Assembly: GCA_022707965.1 (NCBI GenBank)
Contig: JAKIZO010000001.1
Location: 692-64,691, forward strand
DNA: 64,000 nucleotides
Direction: 5' to 3'
Origin: Bacteroidota bacterium
Lineage (GTDB): Bacteria > Bacteroidota > Ignavibacteria > Kapaibacteriales > UBA2268
Positions 37,149 through 47,267 of this stretch are shown one piece after another. The position numbers and the translations under genes were made by a program. Under the pieces are notes generated by a model that searched no databases, had not been told where the DNA came from, and saw nothing but the letters and a program-made list of their open reading frames with translations. Numbering within the stretch: position 1 is the stretch's first letter; every line of letters begins with the position of its first letter.

Positions 37149-39283
37149 AATTGTATTGGCAAGCCTATTTTGAGAGACTCGACAGCATAGAAAGTTGCCT
37201 CAGTTGTTTTAATTATCTCTTCAATTGAGATAGGGCTTGGCTTTGCGGAACGAATTGCATCAATGAAGGCACGAACTTCTTCGGCTATACCTTTTTTGCC
37301 ATCAAATTTGAGAGTTTGGCGTTTCTGACTGAATAAATCAAGAGTTGTAAAATTGTTCATTATGGCAGATTTACGTTCGCAATGAACTTCGCAATATTCT
37401 TTTTCGAGCAAACTGCTACCATTTGCGAAATACAGAATATTAGCAATAGAACCGTCGGAAAATTTAAGATTAATGGACACATTGTCCGAATTTGGCATTT
37501 GCGAGTGGTCTGCTGAAACGCTCGAAGCAAAAACGCTAATTGGCAAAGCACCCGTAAGATATACGGCACAATCAATAAAATGGCAAACTTCACCGATAAT
37601 TCTGCCACCTTGCTCAGGGGAATGAATCCAGTGGGTGGTGGGAATAAATCCCGCATTAATTCTATAATTTATTACCATTTTATCCTGACGATTTGCGAAA
37701 AATTCCTTCATTTTTGCAAATGGAGCAGAAAAACGCCTGTTAAATCCGACAAGAAGCCTTGCGTCGGAACTTGCAATTGCTTCTTTGATGCTATCGAGTT
37801 GCTCGAAATTGACTGCAAGGGGTTTTTCGACAAAGACATTTTTCCCCGAGCGAAGCGATTCGACCACATAATGCGAATGGCTATCGTGGCGAGACGCAAT
37901 AAATAATGTGTTTATTCTTGTATCATTAGCAATTACATCAGAATTTGTCGTTGCTTCGTGGAAACCAAAGCGTTCAGCAACGCTTTTGGCATTAACAGGA
38001 GTTGCAGTAGAGACGCTCAGAAATTCAACATTGCAGTTTTTCAGTGCGGGCAGCAAATTGTTTTGTGCAAAATTGCCCGCACCAATAAAGCCAATCTTGA
38101 TGCTGTTTTCTTGCTTGAATTGAGATTGCTTGATTTTAATGGTGCTTTCGGGCTTAGAGTGTTCGTTGTAACGAAGAAGGATTCCAAGATAGCGTTCGTT
38201 GGTTTTGCCTGTAATCAAATTGTATGCATTAACTGCATCGGTAATTGGGAAAGTGTGAGTAGTGAGGGTGCGGCAATCCATTTTCCCATCGGCAATGAGT
38301 TGCAAGAAAGCCATCATATTACGATTTTCAGTCCAGCGAACATAGGCAAATGGGTAATCCTGACCGTATTCCTCATAAAATGGGTCGTAACGCCCAGGTC
38401 CATAACTACAAGAGATGCGATAATCAATTTCTTTTGTATAAAATAGGCTACGAGGAATATTCATACCGACAGCACCAACGACAACGATTTTGCCACGCTT
38501 GCGGCAGATGTTCAAAGCTAATTCAGTGGGTTCGTTCGAGCTTGTGCTTGCGGTAATAATAACGCTATCGACGCCATTGCCATTGGTGAAAGAATTGACA
38601 GTGTTCACAATTTCGGGTGAATTTTTTGCATTCAGGAGCAAATCGCAGCCGAATTTTTTCGCATAATCAAAAGTATCGGGATTAATATCCATTCCAACAA
38701 CGCGGCAGCCAGCAGATTTGAGAAGCTGAACAGTGAGCTGACCGAGCAAGCCAAGACCGACAACGGCAACTGTTTCGCCAAGGACGGGTTCAGCCTGGCG
38801 AAAACCTTGCATTGCAATTGCTCCGAGCGTTGTATAGGCAGCATCTTCGAAAGAAACACCTTCGGGAATACGGACAACAAGATTTTTCGGCACAGCCACA
38901 AATTCAGCGTGAACGGCATAACCTGCACCCGCTGCAGCGACTTTATCGCCGTGGGCAAATTCTTCGACATCACTTTCTACGACAACTCCGGAAACCGAAT
39001 ATCCAAGCGATTTATATGAATCAAGTTTATTGAGAACTTTGCCAATTGTTGTGCGAAGCCCATCGCGCTTCACCATATTAAGCACCTGACGCACCTGCTC
39101 AGGTTGCTTACGAGCACGCGACAGCAAACTTGATTGTGTGTTCTCGACAGAGGTTCGCTCGGTGCCCGCACTGATTAAACTAAAACGTGTTTGAATAAGA
39201 ACGCCACCTGCGGGACATTGCGGCGCAGGAAGTTCTGCTACTTCTAAACGCCCATCTTTTTGATATTGAACAACTTGCAACAT
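37145..39283 (-). CDS. Bi-domain oxidoreductase: N-terminal Zn-type alcohol dehydrogenase (MDR) fused to a Gfo/Idh/MocA domain
   Basis: 712 aa. The N-terminal half has MDR features (GGVLIQTRFSLISAGTE, VAVVGLGLLGQL). The C-terminal half has the Gfo/Idh/MocA Rossmann start (IKIGFIGAGNFAQNNLLPAL) and EKPLA. Confidence 0.8.
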   Translation of the reverse strand: MLQVVQYQKDGRLEVAELPAPQCPAGGVLIQTRFSLISAGTERTSVENTQSSLLSRARKQPEQVRQVLNMVKRDGLRTTIGKVLNKLDSYKSLGYSVSGVVVESDVEEFAHGDKVAAAGAGYAVHAEFVAVPKNLVVRIPEGVSFEDAAYTTLGAIAMQGFRQAEPVLGETVAVVGLGLLGQLTVQLLKSAGCRVVGMDINPDTFDYAKKFGCDLLLNAKNSPEIVNTVNSFTNGNGVDSVIITASTSSNEPTELALNICRKRGKIVVVGAVGMNIPRSLFYTKEIDYRISCSYGPGRYDPFYEEYGQDYPFAYVRWTENRNMMAFLQLIADGKMDCRTLTTHTFPITDAVNAYNLITGKTNERYLGILLRYNEHSKPESTIKIKQSQFKQENSIKIGFIGAGNFAQNNLLPALKNCNVEFLSVSTATPVNAKSVAERFGFHEATTNSDVIANDTRINTLFIASRHDSHSHYVVESLRSGKNVFVEKPLAVNFEQLDSIKEAIASSDARLLVGFNRRFSAPFAKMKEFFANRQDKMVINYRINAGFIPTTHWIHSPEQGGRIIGEVCHFIDCAVYLTGALPISVFASSVSADHSQMPNSDNVSINLKFSDGSIANILYFANGSSLLEKEYCEVHCERKSAIMNNFTTLDLFSQKRQTLKFDGKKGIAEEVRAFIDAIRSAKPSPISIEEIIKTTEATFYAVESLKIGLPIQF

Positions 39284-39464
39284 AGTTTGAAATTCATATT
39301 AAGAATAATCACAAAAATAAGAAAGTTCGGACACATTCTTATACGAAAAATAGTATTTTGATTATACTTCAATTACACTATTTTCATAAAACGGTATTAA
39401 TAGAAACAAATAATTTTTGAAAACAATAAATAAATAATATTAGATAATCTGCGTCAAGTAAAAT

Positions 39465-40751
39465 ATGAAAACATATAATTACATAGCAATAGTTTTAGTT
39501 TTGCTACTCAGTTTAGGGCAGGAACTTAAATCTGACGTAATTAAAATAAGCGTCGAGGGAGGAATTTCTCCTGCTACAACATTATTTATCAAAAATTCAA
39601 TTCAGTATGCGGAAGACAGAAAAGCAGAAGCATTGATTATTCAGCTGAATACGCCTGGTGGATTGCTCGACGCGACACGCGATATAGTGCAGGAAATTAT
39701 GGGTGCAAATGTTCCGGTGGTGGTGTGGATTGCTCCATCGGGCGCAAGGGCGGGCTCGGCGGGAGTATTTATCACGCTGGCGGCACACATTGCAGCGATG
39801 GCACCTGGAACAAATATTGGTGCAGCTCACCCGGTTGGTATGGGCGGGGAAAAGATTGATTCGACAATGAACGAGAAGATTACAAACGATGCTGCTGCAT
39901 TTATTCGCTCAATTGCGCACGAACGCAACAAGAACATAGATTGGGCAGAGCGAACTGTTCGGGAAAGCATATCCGCAACTGAGAAAGAATCGTTGCTTGC
40001 GGGTGCGATTGATTTTATTGCTCCAAATTTAGATAGTTTGCTTACGCTGATAGATGGATATGAAGTCAAAATTGCAAGCGGGACGAAGATAATTTCGACC
40101 AAAGGGAAAAAAGTTGTCGAAAAGCAAATGACCTGGCGCGAAAGTCTTCTATTCTGGTTGGCAAATCCCAATATCGCGTATATTTTGCTGATGATAGGAA
40201 TTTATGGGTTGCTTTTTGAGTTTTGGAGCCCCGGGGCAATGTTTCCGGGAATATTGGGGGCAATTTTGTTGATGATTGCATTGTATGCATTGCAGATGCT
40301 GCCGCTGAATTATGCAGGAATTGGGTTAATTTTAATCGCTATTATTTTATTTATACTCGAAATTAAAGTGGTGAGCTACGGATTGCTCACTATTGCGGGT
40401 ATTTTGTCGCTTGCAATTGGCTCAATTATGTTAATAGATGCACCAAATGAAATTATGGACATTTCTATGAATTTAATAATAACAGTTGTGATTATTACAA
40501 CTTTGCTATTTCTTGTGTTAATTGTATTTGGCATAAAAGCACAAACTCGCCGTGCAGTCACAGGAGATTTGGCATTAATCGGGCTGCGAGGTATTGCTAT
40601 GACGGATATTTCGCCGGCACAAAAAGGGCAGGTGAAGGTCTCTGGTGAGATTTGGAGTGCGGTATCTGATGAGGAAATAATGGAAGGAGAAGAAATAGTC
40701 GTGCAAAATGTTCAGAATTTTGTGCTAAAAGTGCGTAAATACATTGCGTGA
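39465..40751 (+). CDS. NfeD-family membrane-bound ClpP-class serine protease
   Basis: 428 aa with a signal peptide, a ClpP-like domain (LNTPGGLLDATRDIV, GSAGVFITLAAHIAAMAPGTNIGAAHP), several TM helices and a C-terminal OB domain. Confidence 0.85.
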   Translation: MKTYNYIAIVLVLLLSLGQELKSDVIKISVEGGISPATTLFIKNSIQYAEDRKAEALIIQLNTPGGLLDATRDIVQEIMGANVPVVVWIAPSGARAGSAGVFITLAAHIAAMAPGTNIGAAHPVGMGGEKIDSTMNEKITNDAAAFIRSIAHERNKNIDWAERTVRESISATEKESLLAGAIDFIAPNLDSLLTLIDGYEVKIASGTKIISTKGKKVVEKQMTWRESLLFWLANPNIAYILLMIGIYGLLFEFWSPGAMFPGILGAILLMIALYALQMLPLNYAGIGLILIAIILFILEIKVVSYGLLTIAGILSLAIGSIMLIDAPNEIMDISMNLIITVVIITTLLFLVLIVFGIKAQTRRAVTGDLALIGLRGIAMTDISPAQKGQVKVSGEIWSAVSDEEIMEGEEIVVQNVQNFVLKVRKYIA

Positions 40752-42122
40752 TACTTTTTTGCCAATTATTTGTCCATCAAAGTTTTCTTTGTATATTTCA
40801 GTAATATAGGCAAAGGCATCTACCTGGTCGTCGTGTTTGCCATCGGGGAATTGAGAAAGTTCCTGTTCGAATTCAGATAACCATTCAGAATAGTCAGGGA
40901 AGTAGATTTTACCAGCTTCGAGCATTGCGGCAATGGGAATCGCACGAGTGAATTTATCCGAGTAAGGTTTAATTTCTTTGACAGGAATTCCAAGAGAAGA
41001 AGCTTGACGGACCAAAGCGGATTGATATTGAACTGCCTCTATCCCCCACAAGCGAACGTTGTATTTCACTGATAAGCTTCTTAATATTTCAATGTGTTTT
41101 GTTGGTTGGCAGCGCGTGCGGACTATGTCTCTAATCAATACTGATTTTTCACAAGTAACAGAAAAGACCAGGAAAACGCTCCAATCAGCATTATGATTTG
41201 TGGAGATTGCCAAATCTGCAGTTGCGAAATTTATGCAATCAGTTAAATCAACCGACCGCCCGTCGAGCAGAACGTGGTCTCCAATTTGCTTGAAATATTT
41301 GAAATTTTCGCGTTTGAATAGAGAATTTGCGGTGTCGGAGGGTTCTTGTTGGTATAGAGCATTGAACCAATATGAGCCTAATTGCTTTTGTATTTGCTGC
41401 AAAGTGTCGATGGGAAAGCGTTCTTGCCATAGAGCTTCGCCGGGTTTCCTGCCGAGTGGGTCGTCGCTGGTTGCAATGGCAGGGATTTTCAACAGCTGCC
41501 AATCACTTGAAAAATCTTCGAGCAAACGACCGACTAAATCTTGCTTATGCCAGCGTGTCATAATAATAATGCAGGAACCGTTGGGTTCGAGCCGCGAATA
41601 GGCAGTGGAGACGAACCAATCCCAGATATTTTGTCGAATAGTTGGGCTGTGGGCTTCTTCGGCGTTTTTTATTGGGTCGTCTATGATGAGCAAGTCGGCG
41701 CCTTTTCCGGTGAGTGCTCCTCCGGCACCTGCTGTCATCATAGTGCTGTTGTTGGAAAGCTCGAAGAAGTTCGCAGCAGATGCTTCATTAGAGATTGCTA
41801 CGTTGAAATATTTGCCGTAGCTATCAATTAAAGCACGCACTTTGCGACCCCAATATGCCGCGAAATTTGCTTCATAAGAGGTAAGCAGTAATCTTTTCCC
41901 GCTGAAAGTGGTTAAATACCAGAACGGAAAATACTTCGAAATGAGTTCGCTTTTTCCGTGCCGTGGCGGCAAACATACAATCAAACGTTGTTTTTTGCTG
42001 AAACTGATGCGATAAAGAATGGTATCGATAAATGCAATATGTGGTGGAATTTGATAAACACCATTTGTTATGATTTTTGCCAGCAGAGCAGGCGAAAGTG
42101 TATATTTGCCGATTTCTCTCAT
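40725..42122 (-). CDS. Phage-type terminase large subunit (TerL-like), apparently intact and isolated
   Basis: 465 aa. Walker A (LPPRHGKSE), Walker B (ADLLIIDDP), nuclease-domain Asp region (FATADLAIS) and a terminal HDDQVDAFAYI motif. Confidence 0.8.
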   Translation of the reverse strand: MREIGKYTLSPALLAKIITNGVYQIPPHIAFIDTILYRISFSKKQRLIVCLPPRHGKSELISKYFPFWYLTTFSGKRLLLTSYEANFAAYWGRKVRALIDSYGKYFNVAISNEASAANFFELSNNSTMMTAGAGGALTGKGADLLIIDDPIKNAEEAHSPTIRQNIWDWFVSTAYSRLEPNGSCIIIMTRWHKQDLVGRLLEDFSSDWQLLKIPAIATSDDPLGRKPGEALWQERFPIDTLQQIQKQLGSYWFNALYQQEPSDTANSLFKRENFKYFKQIGDHVLLDGRSVDLTDCINFATADLAISTNHNADWSVFLVFSVTCEKSVLIRDIVRTRCQPTKHIEILRSLSVKYNVRLWGIEAVQYQSALVRQASSLGIPVKEIKPYSDKFTRAIPIAAMLEAGKIYFPDYSEWLSEFEQELSQFPDGKHDDQVDAFAYITEIYKENFDGQIIGKKVSRNVFTHF

Positions 42123-42341
42123 CGTCGCTTACTTTTTCCACAAAAATGAAATATTCGAGCAAACTGATTAAACAATTAATTTTAAAACGAGTTATATAAT
42201 TGAGCGGAGAAGAAGCAATAATTGAAAAATGAATGTAAGTGGAAATAAAGAATTGAAATAAAAAATGTCGCAATCGGTATAAATTGCTCAAATATAATAA
42301 TTTTTTTTTCAATTTTTTAATAATTATCTTTGTAAATCTTT

Positions 42342-42377
42342 TAAGTTGTATCGGAAAAAGATTAATGATACAACTTA
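42342..42377 (+). repeat. Perfect 11-bp inverted repeat in the serA-like leader
   Basis: TAAGTTGTATC (42342-42352) and GATACAACTTA (42367-42377) are separated by 14 nt. The repeat lies between a TATCTTTG box (42326-42333) and the ATG at 42412. Confidence 0.6.
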
Positions 42378-42411
42378 ATAATTAATATTAAGAATAATTT
42401 GGAGTAAAGCA

Positions 42412-43320
42412 ATGAAAATCTTGGTGTCTGATGGTATCGAAAAAATTGGTGCTGATATGTTGAAATCAGCAGGTTTCGAAGTAGTCGAGCAAAAGCTAAC
42501 ACCAGAAGAATTACTCAAAGAGATTGAAAAATACGATGCAATTATTGTTCGCTCCGCAACAAAAGTAACAAAAGAAGTGATAGAAGCAGGAAAAAATTTG
42601 AAAGCAATTGCACGTGGTGGAGTTGGTCTGGATAATATTGATGTAGAATATGCAAAATCCAAAGGCATACCTGTTCTGAACACGCCTGGTGCATCTTCAA
42701 TTTCGGTGGCAGAGCTGACAATTGCTCATATGTTTGCAGTTTGCCGCTTCCTCAATCAAAGCAATATTGAGATGCGTCAGGGGAAATGGCCAAAGAAAGA
42801 ATATTCAAAAGGTATTGAGCTTACAGGCAAAACGCTTGGTTTGCTTGGATTTGGCAATATTGGCAAAGAAGTTGCCAAGAGGGCAATTGGGCTCGGGATG
42901 ACGGTTATTGCTCACCGCCGATCTGTAACGCAAACTGATATGAACGTTCGCCTTGTTAGCAAAGAAGAAGTAATTAAGCAATCGGACATTATTTCATTGC
43001 ATATGCCACTGATTAAAGGTGAAGGACCAGCAGTAGGCGAAAAAGAAATAGAGATAATGAAAGACGGTGTAATAATAATCAATTGTGCTCGTGGTGGAGT
43101 AGTATCCGAAAAAGCATTGCTCGAAGGGTTGAATTCGGGGAAAGTGGCTGCTGCGGGAATAGATGTATTCGAAAACGAACCCCCAACTGAGGCACAGGCA
43201 GCGCTTATTAATCACCCAAGAGTATCAGTTACTCCGCATATTGGTGCATCAACAGTGGAGGCGCAAAATAGAGTAGGCAAGGAAATCGCTCAAAAAGTAA
43301 TTGATGTATTGAAAAAGTAA
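42412..43320 (+). CDS. serA: D-3-phosphoglycerate dehydrogenase-like 2-hydroxyacid dehydrogenase (short form, no ACT domain)
   Basis: 302 aa with the NAD site GLLGFGNIGKEVAKRA. Catalytic region NCARGGVV...HIGAST. Confidence 0.75.
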   Translation: MKILVSDGIEKIGADMLKSAGFEVVEQKLTPEELLKEIEKYDAIIVRSATKVTKEVIEAGKNLKAIARGGVGLDNIDVEYAKSKGIPVLNTPGASSISVAELTIAHMFAVCRFLNQSNIEMRQGKWPKKEYSKGIELTGKTLGLLGFGNIGKEVAKRAIGLGMTVIAHRRSVTQTDMNVRLVSKEEVIKQSDIISLHMPLIKGEGPAVGEKEIEIMKDGVIIINCARGGVVSEKALLEGLNSGKVAAAGIDVFENEPPTEAQAALINHPRVSVTPHIGASTVEAQNRVGKEIAQKVIDVLKK

Positions 43321-43344
43321 TTATCAATAAATTAGGTAGAAAAA

Positions 43345-44586
43345 ATGGCTGTATTCCGTCCTTTCAAAGCATTTAGACCAAAACCTGAACTTGCTGCCGA
43401 AGTTGCAGCAAAACCTTATGATGTGCTCAATTCCGACGAAGCTCGCGAAGAAGCAAAAGGGCATCCGCTTTCTTTTCTTCACGTGGGCAAACCCGAAATT
43501 GATTTAGACCCATCAATTGATTTATACGACCCACGCGTTTACGAAAAAGGTAAAGAAAATTTACAAAAATTGATACGCGATGGTGTTTTGGTCGAAGATA
43601 GCGAGCCGTATTATTATATTTATGCTCAAACTATGTTCGACAGAACTCAGTATGGGCTGGTTGGTTGTGCATCAGTAGATGACTACTGGAATGATGTAAT
43701 TTTGAAGCACGAGAAAACCCGCAAAGATAAAGAAGAAGACCGCTGCCAGCACGTTCGCGTAACTAATGCTCACACCGGACCAATATTTCTTACTTACAAG
43801 GACAAAGCTGAAATAGACGAAATCGTCAATAGATACATTGAGCAAAAGCCCAATACTGATATAATTACAGTTGATGGTATTCGCCATCAAGTGTGGGTGA
43901 TTTCCGATAAGAACGATATTGCGAAAATCCGTGAATTGCTCGCCGGTGTGGATAAATTCTATGTAGCAGATGGGCATCATCGCTCAGCTGCTGCTGCAAT
44001 TGTTGGACGTGAGCGTCAGCAGGCTAATCCAAATCACACAGGAGAAGAAGAATACAACTTCTTCCTTGCCGTGCTATTCCCGGCAAGTCATCTGTATATT
44101 ATGGACTACAACCGTCTTGTGAAAGATTTGAATGGGCTTTCGAAAGAGGAATTTCTTGCTAAGCTTGAAGATTTGTTTGTAATTAATAAGGTCGAAGGAC
44201 AATTTGCTCCGAAGAAGAAAGGACAAATCGGAATGTATCTCGACGGGGAATGGTTTAGCCTTGACGCAAAAGAAAAGCTGTTCCATCCCGAGGACCCTGT
44301 AGAAAATCTTGATGTTTCGATTTTGCAGCAGCACGTTTTAGACCCAATTTTAGGGATTGACGACCCACGCACAAGCAAACGCATTGATTTTGTTGGTGGT
44401 ATTCGCGGACTGGGAGAATTAGAACGCCGTGTGAATTCGGGCGAAATGGCTGTTGCTTTCTCAATGTATCCAACATCTATTGAGGAGCTAATGGCTATTG
44501 CTGATGCGGGCAAAATTATGCCACCAAAATCTACCTGGTTCGAACCGAAATTGCGTGATGGATTATTCGTTCATTTCTTAGATTAA
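43345..44586 (+). CDS. DUF1015 family protein
   Basis: 413 aa. FRPFKAFRP N-terminus and the ADGHHRSAAA motif I associate with DUF1015. Starts 24 nt after the serA-like gene. Confidence 0.7.
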   Translation: MAVFRPFKAFRPKPELAAEVAAKPYDVLNSDEAREEAKGHPLSFLHVGKPEIDLDPSIDLYDPRVYEKGKENLQKLIRDGVLVEDSEPYYYIYAQTMFDRTQYGLVGCASVDDYWNDVILKHEKTRKDKEEDRCQHVRVTNAHTGPIFLTYKDKAEIDEIVNRYIEQKPNTDIITVDGIRHQVWVISDKNDIAKIRELLAGVDKFYVADGHHRSAAAAIVGRERQQANPNHTGEEEYNFFLAVLFPASHLYIMDYNRLVKDLNGLSKEEFLAKLEDLFVINKVEGQFAPKKKGQIGMYLDGEWFSLDAKEKLFHPEDPVENLDVSILQQHVLDPILGIDDPRTSKRIDFVGGIRGLGELERRVNSGEMAVAFSMYPTSIEELMAIADAGKIMPPKSTWFEPKLRDGLFVHFLD

Positions 44587-44611
44587 ACAGACGGGAAATT
44601 ATACATTTTCG

Positions 44612-44643
44612 CAGGTTGCCCCACAAAGGCAACCTGTTTTGTT
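44612..44643 (+). terminator. Rho-independent terminator after the DUF1015 gene
   Basis: CAGGTTGCC-CCACAAA-GGCAACCTG hairpin followed by TTTTGTT. Confidence 0.8.
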
Positions 44644-44670
44644 AATTATACGTATTCGAAATAAATTAGA

Positions 44671-45633
44671 TTAGGCTTTGACACTTTCTTTTCGTAATTG
44701 ACGCAATTTTTCGAAAAGAGATTTTTCTTCGTCAGTTAGATTTTTGGGAACTTTAATCTGAACGTTTAGATAAAGGTCACCACGCTCGCCGTCGGAATTA
44801 TATTTAGGCATACCCAATCCTTTTAGTTTTAGAACTTTGCCTGAACTTGTCTCGGGTGGGATAGTAACTTTCACCATACCGCTAAAAGTTTTGATTTTAG
44901 CGGAACCGCCCAAAACAGCAGTAAATAAATCAACGGGCAAATCGAGATAAAGGTCGTCACCACGACGCTCGACTTTGTTGTGGGGCAGCACTTTGACTTT
45001 AACCATCAGGTCGCCTTTTTGCCCGCCGTAGTTTCCGTCGCCGCCCTGCCCGGGAATTTTCATTACCTGCCCATCGGCAATTCCGGGTTTGAATTTTACC
45101 TCGATTTTTTTGCCATTGACCTGTATCTGACGGGTTGTTCCGTTGTATGCTTCGGCTAAAGTTAATTCAACTTCGACTTCTATATCCTCGCCGCGTTGCG
45201 GTGGATATTTAAATCCCTGACGCGAAGAAAATCCCGAGCCGAAAATACGTTCGAAGAAGTCGGAAAGACCGCCACCAGAAGAGAAGAAATCGCCGACTGT
45301 CTGGTAGGTGGAACGAGTGCGGCGTCCGGCAGATTGCTGAGCCTCGGCGAACCAGCTTGCCCAATCGAAATCGTCGCTCGAACCACCCGTTTGACGATGA
45401 CGATTGAATGAATTATTCAGACTATCGTATTTTCTGCGTTTTTCCGGATCCGAAAGCACCTGATAAGCTTCGGAAATTTCTTTGAATTTATTTTCGGCGT
45501 TGGGGTCTGATTTATTCGAATCGGGATGATACTGACGAGCAAGTTTTCGATATGCTTGCTTAATTTCGTCAGCAGTTGCAGTTTTATCGACGCCCAAAAT
45601 TTTATAATAATCTTTAAATTCCACTAAAATCAC
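44671..45633 (-). CDS. J-domain co-chaperone, CbpA-type (no zinc-finger domain)
   Basis: J domain with HPD (YYKILGV...QYHPDSN) and DnaJ C-terminal domains. The CxxCxGxG repeats are absent. Confidence 0.8.
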   Translation of the reverse strand: MILVEFKDYYKILGVDKTATADEIKQAYRKLARQYHPDSNKSDPNAENKFKEISEAYQVLSDPEKRRKYDSLNNSFNRHRQTGGSSDDFDWASWFAEAQQSAGRRTRSTYQTVGDFFSSGGGLSDFFERIFGSGFSSRQGFKYPPQRGEDIEVEVELTLAEAYNGTTRQIQVNGKKIEVKFKPGIADGQVMKIPGQGGDGNYGGQKGDLMVKVKVLPHNKVERRGDDLYLDLPVDLFTAVLGGSAKIKTFSGMVKVTIPPETSSGKVLKLKGLGMPKYNSDGERGDLYLNVQIKVPKNLTDEEKSLFEKLRQLRKESVKA

Positions 45634-45645
45634 CTCCCTGTGAAT

Positions 45646-47166
45646 TTATTCGACGAGAATTTTGCCTGTCATTTCCTCAGGTATCGCAAGCCCCATAATA
45701 CTGAGAACAGTTGGGGCGACATCGGCTAAAATACCATCTTTTGCTGTTTTGTATTCGTCTGAAACGACAACGAAAGGAACGGGATTTAGAGAATGAGCCG
45801 TGTTTGGCGAACCATCAGGATTTTTTGCATAGTCTGCGTTGCCGTGGTCGGCAAGAATTAACACAGTATAATCATTTTTTCGAGCAGTTTCGACAACTTC
45901 CGCCAAGCAAGCGTCCACTGCTTCGACTGCTTTGCGAATTGCGTCGTAAACACCCGTATGCCCCACCATATCACCATTTGCAAAATTTAGGCAAATGAAA
46001 TCGTATTTCTGAGTGTTAAGCTGTTCGACAAGTGCGTCTTTTACTTCGAAGGCGCTCATTTCGGGCTTCATATCGTAAGTTGGAACTTTTGGCGAATGAA
46101 TTAGAATTCTATCTTCATTTTCGAAAACTTCCTCTCGCCCACCGGAAAAGAAAAAAGTAACGTGGGCATATTTTTCTGTTTCGGCTATTCGAAGCTGACG
46201 CAAACCTGCTTTTGAAATAACTTCGCCAAGCGTGTTCGAAACATTTTCTTTGTCGTAAATTACGCGAACGTTCTGGAAAGTGTCGTCGTAGCGCGTCATA
46301 GTAAGATAGTATAAATCGATAGTATGCATATCGAATTCGTGCATATCTTTTTGAGTAAGAGCAATTGTAATTTCGCGAAGCCTATCTGTACGGAAATTGA
46401 AGCAGATGAAGACATCGCCTTCCTGAACCACCCCGATGGGATTGCCGCTGTCGTCCGTGCAAACAATGGGTTTGATGAATTCATCAGTAACGCCTTCGTC
46501 GTAAGATTCCTGAATTGCTTTTAGAATGTCAGTTGTCGGTTTGCCAATTCCTTTTGTAATTAAATCGTAGCTTTGCTTTATGCGTTCCCAGCGTTTGTCT
46601 CTATCCATTGTATAGTAACGCCCGCAGAGCGAAGCAATTTTTCCATTTGAATTTTCAAGATGTTCGAGCAGATTTTTAATGTAGCCATATCCGCTGCGAG
46701 GGTCGGTATCGCGACCATCGGTTAATGCGTGAATGAAAACACGCTCTAATCCGTAATCTTTGGTTAAATCGCATAATTTGTAAAGGTGCTTGTCGAGCGA
46801 ATGAACACCACCATCGGAGACCAGTCCAAGAAAATGAACAGCCTTGTTGTTTTCTTTAGCATATTTAAATGCTTCCACAAGAACGGGGTTTTTGTCGATT
46901 TTACCTTCGCGAATTTCTTTGTTGATTTTCACCAAATCCTGGTAAACGATGCGACCTGCACCAATATTCAAGTGCCCAACTTCGGAATTGCCCATTTGAC
47001 CATCGGGAAGCCCAACATTTTCGCCACAAGTTAGCAATTTAGAATTAGGATAGGTAGCAATCAATTTATCCCAATATGGAGTATTGGCAACGCTAATAAC
47101 GTCAGATTGGCTTCCATCACCAATTCCCCAACCGTCTAATATTGTTAGTAGAACTTTTTTTCTCAT
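45646..47166 (-). CDS. gpmI: 2,3-bisphosphoglycerate-independent phosphoglycerate mutase
   Basis: 506 aa with [22 protein letters not shown] and ADHGNA motifs. Confidence 0.95.
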   Translation of the reverse strand: MRKKVLLTILDGWGIGDGSQSDVISVANTPYWDKLIATYPNSKLLTCGENVGLPDGQMGNSEVGHLNIGAGRIVYQDLVKINKEIREGKIDKNPVLVEAFKYAKENNKAVHFLGLVSDGGVHSLDKHLYKLCDLTKDYGLERVFIHALTDGRDTDPRSGYGYIKNLLEHLENSNGKIASLCGRYYTMDRDKRWERIKQSYDLITKGIGKPTTDILKAIQESYDEGVTDEFIKPIVCTDDSGNPIGVVQEGDVFICFNFRTDRLREITIALTQKDMHEFDMHTIDLYYLTMTRYDDTFQNVRVIYDKENVSNTLGEVISKAGLRQLRIAETEKYAHVTFFFSGGREEVFENEDRILIHSPKVPTYDMKPEMSAFEVKDALVEQLNTQKYDFICLNFANGDMVGHTGVYDAIRKAVEAVDACLAEVVETARKNDYTVLILADHGNADYAKNPDGSPNTAHSLNPVPFVVVSDEYKTAKDGILADVAPTVLSIMGLAIPEEMTGKILVE

Positions 47167-47267
47167 ATTATTCCCAAATTAGTTTTCAGAATTATAAAGA
47201 CGATTTTCTAAACTATTAATTTTCAATAATTATTCTTAATTTGTAAGGATATATTAGGTGTAATTCG

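Noticed and set aside
41872-42312. 146-aa ORF upstream of and overlapping terL, considered as a possible small terminase subunit
   Set aside because: It overlaps the terL coding region out of frame for about 250 nt. The rest is AT-rich spacer giving a Phe/Ile/Leu/Tyr-rich peptide, with no SD.
40725-42411. Calling this locus a prophage or mobile element
   Set aside because: Only the terminase gene is phage-like. No integrase, repeats, portal, capsid or tail genes are seen in the window, so I annotate a lone CDS rather than a mobile element.
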